A stretch of DNA of 64,000 nt from Nitrosopumilaceae archaeon (GTDB taxonomy: Archaea > Thermoproteota > Nitrososphaeria > Nitrososphaerales > Nitrosopumilaceae): NCBI GenBank assembly GCA_965207375.1, contig OZ242274.1, positions 1,280,001 through 1,344,000 on the forward strand. Direction: 5' to 3'. This document shows, piece by piece, positions 61,574 through 64,000 of this stretch (position 1 is the stretch's first letter; each line of letters opens with the position of its first letter). Under the pieces are notes generated by a model. The model was given only the letters and a program-made list of their open reading frames with translations. It was not told the origin of the DNA and made no database searches. A program made the position numbers and the translations under genes.

Positions 61574-63625
61574 TTAATTTCTTAGTAACTGTGTCAAGGC
61601 ATCTGCTATTTGTTGCCATAGTGGATTAGAATATTTTTGGGTATTGTTTTGGGCCTCGGCTGCAGTCATAGGATTGTCATGTTCTATAATACCAAATGCT
61701 GCAAGTGTTCTATTCCATAAATCAGCTTGTTCTTTTACAGCTTCAATTAAAGTTGCATTTATCGTGTATGGTGGTTCTACTGTAGGTACCGGTTCTATTG
61801 GTTCTACCTGTGGTGTATCTTGAGCAATATTTGATGTGTGATTAACCTGTGGTATGTGTATTTCCTGTGGCTCTTGCTGTGGTGTGTTTTGTGTTGCATT
61901 TTGCTGTTGTTGTTGCTGTTGTTGTTGCTGTTGTTGTTGCTGTTGTTGTTGCTGTTGTTGTTGCTGTTGTTGTTCAATTGCAGCCTCACGCTCTTGTAAG
62001 ATATTTGCAATCTTGACCCATAATGGACTAGAATATTTCTTTGTATTTGCCTGAGCTTCAGCTGCAGTAAGTGGATTATCATGTTGTATCACTCCAAATG
62101 CTGCAAGTGCTCTATTCCATCTGTCAACGTGTTGGTGACCGTGATGTGTCATAGATGCAAGGTACTTTATATCCTCAATTAGTTCTGGATCAGCTGTAGG
62201 TATTGGTATAGATTCTGGTACAATGTATGGTGTATCTTGTGCAATATTTGATGTATGATTAATTTGTGGTACGTGTATTTCCTGTGGTGTGTTTTGTGTT
62301 GCGTTTTGTGGCTGCTGTTGCTGCTGCTGCTGTTGCTGCTGCTGCTGTGCGGCTGCATCCCTTGCAGCCTCTAATTTAGCCAGTTCTTGAGCAACTAAAC
62401 CCCAAAATGCATTATTGTATTTTTTTACATTGGCCAGAGCCTCTGCTGCAGTCATAGGATTGTCATGTTGTATTTCTCCAAATGCTGCCAAGACCCTATT
62501 CCATCTGTCAACGTGATCTGCACCAAGCTGCGTTTGTTCTGCCATTAACTTTGCACCGTCTATTACTGATGGATCAATTTCAGCTAATGGATTTTCTGGT
62601 ATTGGAACGCCAGTTTTGAGGCAACCACCGGTACATGAATCATTATCTTCTATGTTTACTGTAAAGCTAGATGGCTCAACTATTCGATAATTAGAACTGG
62701 GGAGTAGTGTAAATGTAACACTGCCGAGTGCTTCTACTGCGTTATCATTTGTGGTGATTACCTGCAAAAGACCATTATGGTTACGTGTAACCACATATTC
62801 ACCGGACGGTGTGGTACTAAAGTCTCCTACTATGTTAATGGAATAACGTATATCTAATGTTGTAGGTGGTGATATAGAGACTAAAACAGAGGCTATCTCG
62901 CCTTCTGTGACTACTGTGGCACGTTGTATTAATGATACGGCGGGGAGGTTAGTAGGAGTGGTAGTAGCACCAAACGAAGCCTCCCAATAGGAATTAGAAG
63001 CATACGTTGTGTCACGTGGTGTGGCCGGATTTATCCAGTCATAGAGGTATGGAGTATCTATAGTGCGTTTTATTATTGGTGAAACCATGAATAGGAGTGA
63101 TTCACCAGATACAACATTTGTTGATCTTGTGTCCCATGAGGCACTACCTGATGTATCGTCTTGATTGATGGTTATCTTTTTGAAGGTATAGACACGATAA
63201 CTACCATCCTTAAGAGCATAACTTAGAATGTCACTGCTGGTACTGTGAGCTACTGTGGCATGATTGGTATTACTGCACAGGCTTGTTGCACTTGCCCTAG
63301 CAGAAGCGTGAGAGGCATGGCAGTCATCAACTTGGACCCAAAATTCTATTGGTGCATTTGCTGCCTCATCTAGAGTTACAGTTACTGTGAAGAGTTGACC
63401 GTGAGCTGTATTACTGGTTGTGACTTGAGCCTTGTTTATCTCGCCATTGTCTTTATAAAATTGAGGGAGTATTGACGGGGCTGCATCATCATCTGGATGA
63501 CAGTCCTTTGTCACTGCGCCGTCTATAAAGCAAAAATCATGGTCAGAAAATGCCTCTGGTGTTTGAACACCAAGCAATAATGATATAGAAACTGCCATAA
63601 TAACTGCAAAGTATAAGGTTTTCAC
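61574..63625 (-). CDS. Secreted/surface protein with Calx-beta-like domain, three helical WNR.LAAFG repeats and poly-Gln linkers
   Basis: Signal peptide; TTNDNAVEALGSVTFTL...IEDND; Q12 (62312-62347) and Q24 (61901-61972). Confidence 0.9.
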   Translation of the reverse strand: MKTLYFAVIMAVSISLLLGVQTPEAFSDHDFCFIDGAVTKDCHPDDDAAPSILPQFYKDNGEINKAQVTTSNTAHGQLFTVTVTLDEAANAPIEFWVQVDDCHASHASARASATSLCSNTNHATVAHSTSSDILSYALKDGSYRVYTFKKITINQDDTSGSASWDTRSTNVVSGESLLFMVSPIIKRTIDTPYLYDWINPATPRDTTYASNSYWEASFGATTTPTNLPAVSLIQRATVVTEGEIASVLVSISPPTTLDIRYSINIVGDFSTTPSGEYVVTRNHNGLLQVITTNDNAVEALGSVTFTLLPSSNYRIVEPSSFTVNIEDNDSCTGGCLKTGVPIPENPLAEIDPSVIDGAKLMAEQTQLGADHVDRWNRVLAAFGEIQHDNPMTAAEALANVKKYNNAFWGLVAQELAKLEAARDAAAQQQQQQQQQQQQPQNATQNTPQEIHVPQINHTSNIAQDTPYIVPESIPIPTADPELIEDIKYLASMTHHGHQHVDRWNRALAAFGVIQHDNPLTAAEAQANTKKYSSPLWVKIANILQEREAAIEQQQQQQQQQQQQQQQQQQQQQQQQNATQNTPQQEPQEIHIPQVNHTSNIAQDTPQVEPIEPVPTVEPPYTINATLIEAVKEQADLWNRTLAAFGIIEHDNPMTAAEAQNNTQKYSNPLWQQIADALTQLLRN

Positions 63626-63633
63626 GAAATTAC

Positions 63634-63651
63634 GGGGGGGGGGTTCTAAAA
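63634..63651 (-). promoter_or_regulatory. C10 homopolymer preceded by TTTTAGAA, 8 nt upstream of the GTG start
   Basis: G10 at 63634-63643 on the + strand; same motif as 1883-1900. Confidence 0.6.
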
Positions 63652-63744
63652 AACGTTACTATTTGAGCACAGATTTTTGTTCTTGTTAGGCATGACTTTT
63701 TTAATTACAAAACATCTCTCTGGTATATCGTAGATAGATGCTAT

Positions 63745-64000
63745 ATGAAAAATTTTTCACCCACGGCTAATAATGACAATTCTAATTTTTTGAATAAACG
63801 TAGAATCAAACATGAGGTAATCTATGTTGATGAATCTGGTAATCCTGGCATGACAAAAATTGAACATAATAACAAGCATCCATTTTTTATTATGGGATTT
63901 TGTTATTGCAAAAAATCTAAAAAACTAGACAAAAATCTTCATCGTCTGTTGTTGAAATTACATAAAGACAGTATTTATCCTAAAAAATTAAAAGAGCTCA
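63745..64000 (+). CDS. DUF3800 family protein, 5' part (runs off the window)
   Basis: Open frame ...EVIYVDESGNPG...PFFIMGF...KLKEL. Confidence 0.8.
   Translation, partial: MKNFSPTANNDNSNFLNKRRIKHEVIYVDESGNPGMTKIEHNNKHPFFIMGFCYCKKSKKLDKNLHRLLLKLHKDSIYPKKLKEL

Noticed and set aside
61804-62082. Poly-Cys (+) and poly-Asn (-) ORFs
   Set aside because: Alternative readings of the CAA/CAG poly-Gln tract

Overview
AT-rich archaeal chromosome segment. Gene content (rpo7/spt4, EF-1beta, CDC48, nurA-herA-mre11-rad50, LysW-type Lys/Arg cluster, cupredoxin membrane protein, Dph5 with extra C-terminal domain) points to an ammonia-oxidising archaeon (Nitrososphaerota, Nitrosopumilaceae-like). The heavy load of IS elements, pseudogenes and large secreted proteins suggests a host-associated lineage (inference). 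Core blocks alternate with accessory patches: IS5, ISL2-group, IS3 and SWIM-IS6-like elements or remnants, a DUF3800 pseudogene, an HsdM fragment, HEPN-MNT, a VirB6-like gene and a degenerate tRNA. Highlights: (1) two paralogous secreted poly-Gln proteins at the two window ends, each preceded by the same TTTTAGAA-C10-GT element (candidate archaeal phase/antigenic variation system); (2) four co-oriented ~100-bp structured intergenic repeats; (3) a SWIM-DDE element with ~72-bp terminal inverted repeats; (4) length-matched duplications on both arms of the Rad50 coiled coil; (5) a LysW ending in Gln; (6) a half-DOHH-like HEAT protein. All calls come from reading motifs by eye; no database searches were run.
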